A stretch of DNA of 64,000 nucleotides from Marsupella aquatica (Eukaryota; Plantae; Marchantiophyta), in the NCBI GenBank assembly GCA_973895155.1, contig OZ316895.1, positions 21,032,803 through 21,096,802 on the forward strand, given 5' to 3'. The stretch's first letter is position 1, and every line of letters starts with the position of its first letter. The notes beneath the pieces were generated by a model. It saw only the letters and a list, made by a program, of their open reading frames with translations, was not told the DNA's origin and did no database searches. The position numbers and the translations under genes were made by a program. Below are positions 1 through 11,077 of the stretch, in pieces.

Positions 1-681
1 TGGGTTAAACCTTTTGTTTTCATGAGATGGCTCCCTTGATTTGCCTCTTTCTACCAACAATGCTGTTGATGATGAGGTTGAGGTAGGATGAGCTGAAGAA
101 ACCAACTTAGACTGCATGTCATCGGTCAACAGGGCACTCACCACATCATTGTAGGATATAGTTGTCTTATCACGGAATAGAAGAACTCGAGACAAAGATT
201 GGTACGAAGGTGGTAGTGAGCTCAAGAGTTGTAAGGCTTTCTTTTCTTCGCTCAAATGCTCCCCCAAATTCTCTAGGTCAACCACAAGATCATTGAACTG
301 ATCGATATGATCTTGAATCTTGACTCCATCAGCCATTTTGAATTGCATGAGCTTCAGGCTTGCATACATTCGGTTTGACATCTCCTTCTTGTAGTACTTG
401 TTGCGCAATGCTTGAAACAAGTCCGTCACTGTTTGTGTTGATTTTTCCTCGAACTGCTTCTTCACATTGTTTTTCAGGTACATTCCAACAATGCTTACCG
501 CTTGATCCTGAAGATCATGCCAATCATCATCTTCCATCTCCTTGGGTTGAGATCTTAGTACCTTGCCTAGGCCCATCGCCCTAAGTGCATCCCTCACATT
601 ACGTTCCCACATTGTATAGTCCATCCGACCATCAAATTTTTCCACCTCAAACCTTTGACCTCCAATCCTAGTAGTCGCCAT
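1..681 (-). CDS. gag: copia Gag (N-terminal part, open to window edge)
   Basis: Manual translation MATTRIGGQRFEVEKFDGRMDYTMWE...KALQLLSSLPPSYQSLSRVLLFRDKTTISYNDVVSALLTDD aligns to the 9531 Gag (KALQLLSSLPPSYQSLSRVLLHRDRDTISYNDVVSSLLSDD). It is missing from the ORF track, presumably because no stop falls within the window. Confidence 0.92.
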   Translation of the reverse strand, partial: MATTRIGGQRFEVEKFDGRMDYTMWERNVRDALRAMGLGKVLRSQPKEMEDDDWHDLQDQAVSIVGMYLKNNVKKQFEEKSTQTVTDLFQALRNKYYKKEMSNRMYASLKLMQFKMADGVKIQDHIDQFNDLVVDLENLGEHLSEEKKALQLLSSLPPSYQSLSRVLLFRDKTTISYNDVVSALLTDDMQSKLVSSAHPTSTSSSTALLVERGKSREPSHENKRFNP

Positions 682-1839
682 CGCTAGAATGCCAAATGTA
701 GTGTGGAGTTGCCTTCCAACAAGAAATAAACGTCGAATGCTCAGATGCGGGGTGTGAAAATAAGGCCAAAAATGAAAGTTGGTGAATTTTGAAACTGATC
801 ACTCTTGTGTGTAGCCCACAAGGTAACGCTCCAAATGCTGAAAACGGTTTGTCAAACGGACTCTCGAGTGCCTAGAATTTTTACTCTGACCGGAGGGGGG
901 TAAAAAATGAAATAAATACCCCTCGAGGGAATCTTTTATGCCAAAGATTCCACTAGTATGCGTTTCCAAAATTGAGCACACCAATGCTTGCCTAGCTTCC
1001 CCAAGTACACCTCTCCAAAAGTTGAAGTTGATTCGATTTTGTTTGCCGCTCAGAATCTTTGACCTTCGGTAAAAATTTAAGCCTTTGGAAAAGGAATCTT
1101 TTCGGGAAATTTCGTCCGCCCTTGTACAGCCCCTGTGGGGGAAATTCACAGGGGGCACTTCCCCCTGCCCGAGCCCTGTCGAGCCCTAAAAGGCCTCCTC
1201 GAAGTTTTTGACCTCCTCGCGCGTCCGCGGAAGTCGCGACTACTCGCGGCAGAAAGTACCCCTCGGCGAATTCACTCAAATTCCCGTCTCAGTTTTTGAC
1301 GAAATCCAATTCTAATTCAGATTCAGAAACTAGACTTTGAGGGCATCAAGATCGATATAAAGAACTCGCAAAACGGTGGAGTAATGAGGGAGAAACGATT
1401 CATTGAAAGTGACTGATATTAAGTTATCCGCCATAGCCAAAATTTCGAGCTCAAAAAAATGAGAATTGAAATTAAGATTACTTCTCAACCGTTTGACGAA
1501 ATCCAGCGATGTTGATATCGAAACGTCTAGAAAGACGAGGCGCTCAAACGTGTCTCAGTTTCAAGTCCCGATAGAACAATCAAAAAGACTGATCTGAGAA
1601 ATTGACCTTATCTCTTGCCCGATAACGCAAATTGAAAACTGTCACTTACAATTGTTTCCGTTTTTGACCTCAGGCCTTTATTGTTTCACTGAAATGAGCC
1701 CCTGGTTGTGTGCTCCACACTTGTGAGAAGATTGAGTCCGATCTTCTTCCAATAGCTCCGCTTTGAAGAGGAAATCATCCGTTGTTCGCTTTGCTTGAAG
1801 CAAGTTCTATGGAGTTCCTAATCGACTGAAAAAGTCTGA

Positions 1840-1851
1840 GCTCTGATACCA
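1840..1851 (-). promoter_or_regulatory. Primer-binding site, tRNA-iMet (element C)
   Basis: gctctgatacca on + equals TGGTATCAGAGC on -, 2 nt from the LTR terminal CA. Confidence 0.92.
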
Positions 1852-1853
1852 AT

Positions 1854-2163
1854 TGTGGAGAGAAATCAGATCAGGAAAAACACTCCAAACATGCACGTGC
1901 TCAATAGTTACGTGGTTCGCCTCAAGGTTGGCTACGTCCACGGGAAGACCAAGCTTTATTAGCGGTTATGTGTGTACTCAAGCATCACCATAGCTCTCAT
2001 CTCTTGCTATATCCCTGTGTTCTCTCTTGAGAACTCTCTTGTGTGTGTTCTCACACCACATACAAGTTGAAGAGATAAGGATCAATCTCTTCAACTAGGG
2101 TTTACTCTAACCCTAGTTAACATCCTAACCATAGTTCAACCCAAGACTGAGTTAACCTCTACA
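1854..2163 (-). repeat. 5' LTR of element C (~310 bp)
   Basis: Inner end abuts the PBS; carries the family core GTGGACGTAGC...GAACCACGTA shared with the A and B LTRs. The outer boundary is placed at the TG of TGTAGAGG and cannot be confirmed without the partner LTR. Confidence 0.75.
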
Positions 2164-4537
2164 CCACAGGCCTTTTCCCCAGGCCAGATGTCCCCTGCCC
2201 GAACTGCCCTGGATCGGATCACTTGGTGAACGGATGAGATTTCCTGAGAGCTTTGATCAAATGGCTGGTGATGGGCGCTCGTCTGCAAATGCGAATGTCA
2301 CATTTGTGTAATGTGTACTCCGGGTCACCTGGAGGACCCGGAGTACTTCTACTATGACTTGTGGTGTAATGGATCCATACTTTACTAGCAAATACGAGTT
2401 CATAGGGACAGGTGACCCTTATACCTGTATCACCTTCCCTATGGAGTGTAAACAACTATTTTTCTTGTTCAAAGTTCAAAGACCCTCAATAGCCCCAGCC
2501 CAAATATGACAGGACATGGCCACTTGTTGTCCCCATGTCCATGCCTTTGCAGGCATGTCTAGGTCACTATCCTAAAGAAGGGCACAAATTAGTGTCTTGT
2601 TGGGCTTGATGCACCAAAACAACAGACCTAACCTACTTTCCTAATTTCTCTGGTGAAATATGAGTACACACGGACAGGCAAGAGGCCACAATCCAAGTCC
2701 ATGACTATTCAAATGGGGTATCTTTGGACATGCCTAGAGCCACTGCTGCTAGCTAAGGCCCATTGAACAATATGATGGAATGTCCATTTTGAGTGTCCAT
2801 GCAGATTTGACAGGCCTCAAAGAGATATTTTGCAGGTCATAAAGGACTTGATAAACAAGTACAAAGTATTTGAAAAGAGTACCATTCTAGGAACTAGCAA
2901 AGTCTTTCTTTCCCATCACTGGACATGTATAGCATACTTATCCTAGAACATGAATAGATATTTTGTCCTCTAACTATTTGTCTATGCTGAAAGTCTTTGC
3001 TAAAAGTAAGCAAGAAGGGGTGTGGGAGCAAGGCGGGGGCTCATAGTAAAAAGACCTACATTGAACAAACTTGTGGATCCCTCACTATAGTTTATGCTAA
3101 AAGGAGGGCATACATAAAAGAAGAAGTTGGTATGGCAGGTAGGAGATTGGGCGGAGGGGTATCCAGAGGCAGGAGTGTAGGGTCGTACACAGGCTTTAAA
3201 AAACATAATTACAAATGGTATTTGAGGTAGGAGAGTAACTAGGGCATACCCCTCCTCAAATACTGACAGAGGAGGGGCCGGCCAGGACCTCGGGAGGGAC
3301 ATCAGGCAGTGGAGATTGGGGGTGCAAAGTGCGTGGAGGGCTGCTCAGTGGCTTTTTCATGCTCGTGTTCATGTGTTGGGTGGCTTGTTGGAAAGGAGGC
3401 TAGATCTAGTCACCTTTGGAGGGCTCAATGGGAGGGAGCTGAATGAGTTGGGTGCGGGGTTGCGGTAATTGATACCTTTTGCTGTTTTGTAGTGTTAGGG
3501 TCTCTCTTCTGGTTGATGGAGGGGCCGTGGAGGAGGACTCGACGCTCTGCTCAAACAAGTGTTGGGAGCTCTGTTGGGCGCTCGATATTGTGTTAGGGTC
3601 TCTTTGATGTTGTGCTTGAATGGAGGGGGCTTGATGCCGTGTTCATATGGACTGGGGCCTTGATAGAGTGTTAAGGTCTTGTAGCTGTGTTCGAAAAGGG
3701 TGTTGGGGTTCTAAGGGCTCATTTCTCTGCTCAATAGAATGCTGCAGGCTCTGCTGGGGGACTCTGTTCAGGGTTCAATTCTTTGCAAAAGGGGCTCAAA
3801 AATCATCCCCAATATAATGTTATTATTTTGGTAAAGGTCACCTTACAGTAAGTGCACATTTTAAATCTAATGCATGCTAAAATAATTGAGCCAAAATATG
3901 CAACACATGTTTGCCATGTATTTTAGGGTTTGCATATGAGCTGCCAAGTATTTGCCCATCCCATTAAAGTGATGCTATTTGACATTCTCTTGCATTTAGC
4001 ATCCATAGTTAGTTTTTTAAGCTATAGCATTGATTCACGCTGGCTATTCTTTTACAAATATCTGCAGCCAAAACCCTCACTCTGTACAACGGAGTATATC
4101 AGAGATTTTCTGACTTGTTTTTTCCAAAAATTGCTTAGGTCCTACTGCTCAATTGGAAGATCTGATGGTTCTCATTGATCTGTGGTTTTCTACTCAATGG
4201 CTATAATTACTAGCTCATCCTGGTTGAACTGTTGTCTATTCAGCTTATATTAGTGTTTCTCAAAATCTTCGCAAAAACAAACTGTTCAAAGTAACTGAGA
4301 ATGAATACCAAAGAATGGCCATCAGGTCAAACAAGCTTTATGAGCAGGTGAAAGAAGAAATGGCAAGGCAAAGCAAAATTCCAAATGGGGGTTCAAATGG
4401 AAAGGATATACATACAGTTTGGCATCATAAACAACAAACCAGGGTCTACTTTTCCGTTGCCCTTGCCGGAACTAAGATTGCTTAGTACATACTGTGCTCA
4501 AGTGCAGGCTCAGGGCGGGAAAGCATACACTTAGATG

Positions 4538-4881
4538 TGTTAGATATTGCTCTAGTCTTGTGACTCATGAGCTAACCACAGTTAGTCTAACTCGGGTGAG
4601 GACTTAACTAATGTTAGCGGTAGTGCTGTTGTGCATATAGCCAGGGCTGATGCCAGACCCTGGTGGAACTTAGGCTCATTGTTACGGAGCTAGTTGAGAG
4701 ATAGGGAGAGCTTGTGCTGTGGATGCTTGGTATGGCCGATCGGCCTAGAGTGCAGTAAAGCTCTTGTGTGTTCCCGTGGACGTAGCCTCATGTGGAGGTG
4801 AACCACGTATCTCTCTGTGTCGACTACTGTGCGTTGGATGGTTCATGGGCTTGCCGTTGCGAATGTCGTCTATGCTCAACA
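4538..4881 (+). repeat. 5' LTR of element A (344 bp)
   Basis: TGTTAG...TCAACA followed by AG and the PBS; its first ~92 bp recur inverted at 11077-11176 next to a PPT. Confidence 0.93.
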
Positions 4882-4883
4882 AG

Positions 4884-4895
4884 TGGTATCAGAGC
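4884..4895 (+). promoter_or_regulatory. PBS tRNA-iMet (element A)
   Basis: TGGTATCAGAGC 2 nt after the LTR. Confidence 0.95.
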
Positions 4896-6360
4896 ATGCC
4901 TGGGAGGTGACAAGGTTTTCCGTGATAGGTTTTTCCAGCGTTCATTGTCGATGGTACATTCGGAGTTTCGTCGCATGAAACTCGAATGTGTGTGGCTGAG
5001 CGGATAGGTTAGTGAGAGGGCTTTCTAACGGTGGTTAGAAATCGCTGATCGGTATCCGTGGTGCGGAGGAATTGAAGTTTGCGTCGTTCAGGGTTTATTC
5101 GTGTTCGACGGTATTTCGGGGGAGAGACCAGAGTTTGCGTTTTTCAACGGTGTGAGTTGTGCGGTGTTCGGGAGATCGCACATTATAGCTCAAGTTGAAG
5201 GTTGAAGCGAGCTGGTCGTTTCGGTTGCTGGATTGCTGCCGAGTTGTTACCAAGTGAGACGTGACGAGTGACAGAGGCATTCAGGTTTTTTCACAAGCTA
5301 TGGAGCTTGTTCCCATCTGAACTGGGTTTCTCTTCGTGACGACTGACTTGGTGGTAGAAATGCGAAGTGCTACGGCTCAACGGTTTGATCGCGGCGAAGC
5401 GGTCATTTTGAGCCCGGGATTGGCACTTGACGCGGAGTGAAGGCGTCGCGGCGGAAGTTGTTACTCTGCTGGAGCTGCAGACCGTGTAGGTGAAATTTGG
5501 CCACTTTTTCCGTCGGCGGCATTCACTTTTCTCGTTAGAAATAGCGGCTTTTCAAGTGAGTTTTTCATTCACTTTTTCCCGGGGGGAGTTTTTTGCCTTT
5601 AAGGGGGTTCTTTTTGGGACTTGTGTGTGTATACACACACCCTGCCCTCCCGATACTCCCCCTCCCCCGTGTATTCGCTTTCCCCCCCCGGCGCACCCCG
5701 TTTATACGGCACCTCACGCAGCGCCGGCCGGCGCTATTAGCGTGACACGCCTCGTGCCCCGCCCCCTCTTTAGGCCCCGTTTAAACCCCCGCCATCTTGC
5801 TGCTTGTAGCCGTGACAGGGCAGTCGCTCCCCGGCCGTGCCTTCGTTCGCGCCGGCCTTTATCGCCCCCGCGACCCTGCTCCTGCTATGCGCGACGGCGA
5901 GCAGCTGCCGTCGGTCGCTCACCCCTTCCCCGCTGAGTTTTTCCCAACACGGCACCGGCTGCCTGCCCCGGCGGCTGTATTATTTACTCCCGGCCCCCGC
6001 CTCAATACCCTGTACGCTGCCTGGCCCATCTCGCGTATAGGCGACGCGGATGCGCCTTTTTTATACCTGTATTTTTTTGAAATTAGGGACTTTGCACCCC
6101 CTTTAGGCCCCATTTTTAGCATTTCTTTCTCCCTTGTTTTCCCTTTGTGTCGGGACCTGCTGCCCTCCATTTTAACCGCTTGGACAGGGGGAACGGCCCC
6201 CTGTGAGACCTGTCGGACTGTGCGGGAATATTCCCAAAAAACAGATAACTGTTTTTCGGCCGTCCGACAAAGATTCCGTTCGCCGAACGGTAACTTTTTT
6301 GGTTCTTTTTCGATGAGGACGTTGCCACTGGAGTTAGCATCACGGCGCACCGATCACATC

Positions 6361-6697
6361 CATTTCGTATAATGAGGTGGTGAGCTCTTTACTGTCTGAT
6401 GATGCTCAGAAGAAGCTGGGTCAATCACAGACAGCATCTTCTTCTGGCACTGCGCTGAATGTGAACCGGGGAAGACCAGCGCAGCGCACAAATGGGCAGA
6501 ACAGGTTTAGATCTACATCACGGGGGAGATCTAAATCCAGAGGGAAATCGCAAGAGAGGAAGCCTCTTGCATGTTGGAATTGTGGCAAGCCTGGCCACAT
6601 GAAAAGGGATTGTCGAGTAAAGGTCCCTATTGCATCTGCTAACGCGGCATCGAGCTCGCATGAGGTAGATTTACTCGATGATGATGACATATTGTGA
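6361..6697 (+). pseudogene. gag: C-terminal remnant of element A Gag (zinc knuckle CWNCGKPGHMKRDC)
   Basis: CX2CX4HX4C motif; starts abruptly at ISYNEVVSSLLSDD, fused directly to leader sequence. Confidence 0.9.
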
Positions 6698-7991
6698 TGC
6701 CAAGGTTATGCTCTCAACGTAGTGTCAAATCCAGGTAGTGATGACTGGATTCTAGATTGTGCACGTACTTTTCACATTTGCTCTAGGAGAGATTTTTTCA
6801 GTTCTTACACGGTTTCCAACGGGTCAGTGTTGATGGGAAATGGAATCCCATGTCAAGTTGTTGGACTTGGATCTGTAAGATTTCAGATGTTTGATGGTGC
6901 TGTAAGAACGTTGAGGAATGTGAGACACATTCCCAGCATGATGAAAAATCTCATTTCACTTGGAGTTTTAGAAGCAAATGGCCATCAGTGGAGTTCTGCT
7001 AATGGTGTCCTTCAGGTTTCAACTGGTACTAAAGTTGTATTGAAGGGAAAGAGACATAGCAATCTATACGTTTTGGAGGGCAGCGTAGTTTGTGATGAAG
7101 CCAATGTAACCTTATCTCATGAGGAGACGGCCCGGCTGTGGCACTTCCGTTTGGGCCACATGAGTGAAAAAGGTTTGGTTATTCTTCAGAAGAAAGGATT
7201 ACTTTCTAATTTACAATCTTGTAAGTTGGAATTTTGTGAGCACTGTGTGCTAGGGAAGCAGCACAGGAAACCCTTCGGAGTTGGAACTCACACCAGCAAG
7301 GAGGTACTTGAGTATGTACATAGTGATGTGTGGGGTCCAGCCCCTACTCTCTCACATTCTGGACGATTATACTATGTCACGTTCATAGACGATTACTCAA
7401 GGTATGTGTGGATATATTTTCTACACAGTAAGTCTGATGTTTTTGCCACTTTTAAGGAGTGGAAAGCCCAAGTTGAGAATCAGACTGGTAATAAGGTGAG
7501 ATATCTACGATCGGATAATGGCGGTGAATATAGTTCCAGGGAATTTGGAACATATTGTAGGGAGCAGGGGATAACCCGCCATCTCACAACAAGTTATACT
7601 CCTCAGCAGAACGGTATTTCTGAGAGACTCAACCGAACACTGTTGGACCGCTCGAGGAGTATGTTGAGTCAATCATGCTTACCACATGAGTTTTGGGCTG
7701 AAGCTGTCAACACTGCAGCTTATTTGGTAAATTTTTCTCCATCCAGTTCTATTGGATTCAAGACGCCATATGAAATGAGGTACGGGCGTCCAGCAGATTA
7801 TTCACATCTGAGGATTTTTGGATGTGATGCTTATGTGCTTACACCTTCCCAGCTTCAATCCAAGCTGGAGTCCAAGTCGAAGAAGTGCATTTTCCTTGGC
7901 TATCAGAAAGGTGTGAAGGGTTATAGGTTATGGGATCCAGTAACCTGTAAACTAATTGTCAGTAGAGATGTGTCCTTTAATGAGTCCAGAT
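6698..7991 (+). CDS. pol: Element A Pol, 5' part: protease, GAG-pre-integrase, integrase core; cut by insertion of B
   Basis: WILDCA protease motif, LWHFRLGH and CEHC zinc-binding motifs, VHSDVWGP, LRSDNGGEY and QNGISERLNRTL DDE core. The ORF-track tail after NESR is LTR B sequence. Confidence 0.93.
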
Positions 7992-8376
7992 TGTTGGGTA
8001 TTTACTCTTACGTCTAGGTTAGGTATGACGTGGTTGGTACAACAACGTGGGTTGGTACAACTACGTGGTTAGGTACAACTACGTGATTAGGTACAACTAT
8101 GTGGTTAGGTACAACTAAGTTGCACACTATATCATAAGAGGCATGTGTGCTTGGAGAGGTAGAACCAAGGCTCATTGTTATGGAGCCACTTGAGAGATAG
8201 GGAGAGCTTACACTGTGGAGACTCGGTATAGCCGACGGGCTTAGAGTTCAGTAAAGCTCTCTTGTGTGTTCCCGTGGACGTAGCCTCAAGGAGGTGAACC
8301 ACGTATCTCTTGTGTCGACTATTGTGCGTTGGATGGTTCATGGGCTTGCCGTTGCGATCGTCGTCTATGCTCAACA
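7992..8376 (+). repeat. 5' LTR of element B (385 bp; 5 units of an 18-bp GGTACAACTACGTGGTTA repeat)
   Basis: TGTTG...CAACA termini followed by AT and the PBS at 8379-8390. Confidence 0.95.
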
Positions 8377-8378
8377 AT

Positions 8379-8390
8379 TGGTATCAGAGC
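8379..8390 (+). promoter_or_regulatory. PBS tRNA-iMet (element B)
   Basis: TGGTATCAGAGC. Confidence 0.95.
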
Positions 8391-9530
8391 ATGCTTGGGA
8401 GGTGACGTGTGTTCGTGACGGGATTTCATGACGGTTTTTCCAGCGTTGAGTGTTGGTGGATTTTCCAGAGTTCCATCGCATGGAACTTGGAGTTTATGGG
8501 CTCAACGGATAGATCAGGGCAAGAGCTTTCTAACGGTGTGAAGAAATCGTTGAACAGAGCTCGTGGTGCAGAGAGATCTAAGTTTTCGTCGTTCTGGATT
8601 TTGTGAAGAAAGTTGGCAATCGACTCGGAGGGAGAAGCGTCAAGTGTTTTGACTCAACGGAGAGATTGAGGCAAGACGATTGTTTTTGAGTCCGGGATTG
8701 GCTCTTTGATGCAAAGAGGAAGGCTAAGCAAAATCAATTACCTTGTTGGACTTGGTGACGGCACCAAGTGCAATTGATCAACATTCGTTGTTGACAAGGT
8801 ACCATTTTTTTCTCTTTGAAAAACTGATTCGAAATTGGCTATGGCAATTGAGAGAAATCTGTCATCTTTACCAATTTTTTTCTCCCTCGTTCTTTCCTTG
8901 TTTTGGGTGCTTCTTATATCGATCTTCATCGCCTCGGAGTCTAGTTTCCAAATCTGAAATCGGATCTTGATTTCGTCAAAACCCGAGTGAGATATCTTGC
9001 GTTTGGTGTCGAGGGGTACATTCTGCCGTGTGTATTTTCTGCGCGCGCGACCAGATTTCGACGACGAAGGGTGGTAGGGGGTTTTGGGGGTTCGAGGACA
9101 CATGTCAGCCCCTCGATTGTTCTTCCAAAATTCCCACAGGGCCTGTACAAGGGTCATAGAATATTCCAAAAAACCAGAGAGCTATTTTTTGACCATCCGA
9201 CAAAGATTTCATCCGCCGAACGGTAACTTTTTTGATTATTTTTTGGTGAGGTCGTAGCCATTGAAGTTGGCAATGCAGCGCACCAATCACATCGCAATTC
9301 CGACAACGGGTTGTACTTGGTATTACGGTTATTCCCTGAGGTGGTCAAAACGGGGGAGTTTCCCAAGGTTTTACCCACCTCGACCAAAATTTGAATAACT
9401 TTTCCGTCAAATTTCGATTTTGATTTTGGTTTTCAGTATTGGACTCCTAGCTTTGTGGGCTACGCGGCGGTGTTGAGTTTCGAGTTTTTTGAGAAGTTGT
9501 GAAAAACAACATTTTTTGTGACTTTCTCAT

Positions 9531-10565
9531 ATGAGTGATTCGGAGGAGTTTTTCGAAAACGTGGAACTTGAAGCACGAGGATCACCGCGGAGGTTTCAGG
9601 GGCAGAGAGAGGAGCAGGAGGAAGAGCACGTGACACCGATACCATCACTAGTGCGGCGTGTGGTGGAGGAAGCAGTACTACTACCGGAGCTCACGGTAAA
9701 GAAGAAGATGGGGACTTTCAAGCTTGGGGGACCCAAGTATGAAGTGACAAAGTATGATGGGCGCTATGACTACTTGCTATGGGAGAAGCAGGTGAAGGGA
9801 GTGCTTTATGCGTCAGGGATGGGCCAATTGCTGAGCCCTCGTGAAGACGATGTTGATGAGAAACAATGGGACCGCATGCAGGAGCAGGGAGTGTGGTGTG
9901 TTACACTCTATCTCATGCCTTCCATCATCAAGCAGTTAGGTGCACATAAGGATTGCATGTCCTTGTTTGCGGAATTGCAGAGCAAGTATCACCGCAAGGA
10001 GTTGTCGAACCGGCTCTACACTTCCTACAAACTGATGAGTTTCAGGATGAAGGAATCTGGTACGAAGTTGCAAGACCATGTGGATGCTTTCAACGACATG
10101 GTCGTTGACTTGGAAAACCTTGGGGAGACTTTGAATGATGAGACGAAGGCTCTGCAGCTTCTTAGTTCATTGCCTCCATCTTACCAGTCCCTATCACGAG
10201 TGTTGTTGCATCGTGATAGGGATACCATTTCATACAATGACGTGGTAAGTTCTCTGCTTAGTGATGATCTTCAGCAGAAGATGCACATCACGTCACAGCC
10301 TTCATCATCTGGTGTTGCCCTCAATGTTAACCGTGGGAGGAGAATGCAGCGACCAACTGGGGACCGTAGAACCCAGTTTAGATCTAAATCCAGATCTAAG
10401 TCCAAGGGTAAATCCCCTCAGAGGAGGCAGGTGACATGTTGGAAGTGCAACCAAGTTGGACACTTCAAGCGAGACTGTAAGGGAAAGGCAGCGGAAACTT
10501 CATCGGCAAATATGGCTAGGGCTGATGGAGAAGCTGATTTACTCAATGATGAGTATGTTTTATGA
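9531..10565 (+). CDS. gag: Element B Gag, apparently intact (344 aa, UBN2-type core plus zinc knuckle CWKCNQVGHFKRDC)
   Basis: KYDGRYDYLLWEKQV N-terminal motif, LLSSLPPSY, CCHC knuckle; ends at a TGA in frame with pol. Confidence 0.93.
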   Translation: MSDSEEFFENVELEARGSPRRFQGQREEQEEEHVTPIPSLVRRVVEEAVLLPELTVKKKMGTFKLGGPKYEVTKYDGRYDYLLWEKQVKGVLYASGMGQLLSPREDDVDEKQWDRMQEQGVWCVTLYLMPSIIKQLGAHKDCMSLFAELQSKYHRKELSNRLYTSYKLMSFRMKESGTKLQDHVDAFNDMVVDLENLGETLNDETKALQLLSSLPPSYQSLSRVLLHRDRDTISYNDVVSSLLSDDLQQKMHITSQPSSSGVALNVNRGRRMQRPTGDRRTQFRSKSRSKSKGKSPQRRQVTCWKCNQVGHFKRDCKGKAAETSSANMARADGEADLLNDEYVL

Positions 10566-11077
10566 AACCGGGGGTATGCCCTGTGCACGTCATCTAGGAG
10601 AGCAGATGATGTGTGGATTCTTGATTGTGCTTGCTCTTTTTATATTTGTTACATTCGTGAGTTTTTCAGTTCTTACTCTGTTTCAAACGGTTCAGTTCTG
10701 ATGGGAAATGATCACTCCTGTCAAATTGAGGGAATTGGGTCTGTGAAGATTCAAATGTTTGATGGCGCTGTGCACACAGTGTCCGGAGTCAGGTATGTAC
10801 CTGGCATGCGTAAGAATCTGATTTCACTCGGTGTGTTGGATTCAAATGGTCATCAATGGAGCGTTATTGATGGTGAACTTCAAGTCAGGTCGGGAGAGAC
10901 AGTGATTTTGAAGGGGAGTAGATAAAAGAATTTGTATGTGTTACAGGGCAATACTGTATGTGGAGAGGCCAATGTAACCAAGTCTCACGAGGAGATGACT
11001 CAACTGTGGCATTCACGGCTAGGCCACATGAGTGAGAAGGGTTTGGCTATCTTACGGAAGAATGGACTCATTTTTGA
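10566..11077 (+). pseudogene. pol: Element B Pol, 5' part (protease to GAG-pre-integrase); premature TAA at 10923-10925; broken by the inversion
   Basis: WILDCACSF, KNLISLGVL and LWHSRLGHMSEKG motifs; homology stops at GLIFD. Confidence 0.9.

Larger units (their letters stand above)
1..2163 (-). mobile_element. Ty1/copia LTR retrotransposon 'C', 5' portion (LTR, PBS, ~1.15-kb leader, gag); continues off the left edge
   Basis: On the minus strand: TG..CA LTR 2163-1854, a 2-nt spacer, PBS TGGTATCAGAGC at 1851-1840, then an open gag frame from 681 to the window edge homologous to gag at 9531. Confidence 0.92.

Noticed and set aside
5490-6372. Several overlapping 140-190-aa ORFs in the element A leader
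   Set aside because: A by-product of high GC content and few stop codons; no domain motifs and no equivalent ORF in the B or C leaders.
8132-8377. 81-aa ORF repeated at 13327-13572 and largely at 17239-17487
   Set aside because: It is the antisense frame of the LTR; it recurs only because the LTR is repeated.
10923-10925. TAA inside B pol as a second recoding site, since it is seen twice
   Set aside because: The two occurrences are copies of the same duplicated segment, and element A has a sense codon (His) here, so it is an ordinary nonsense mutation.
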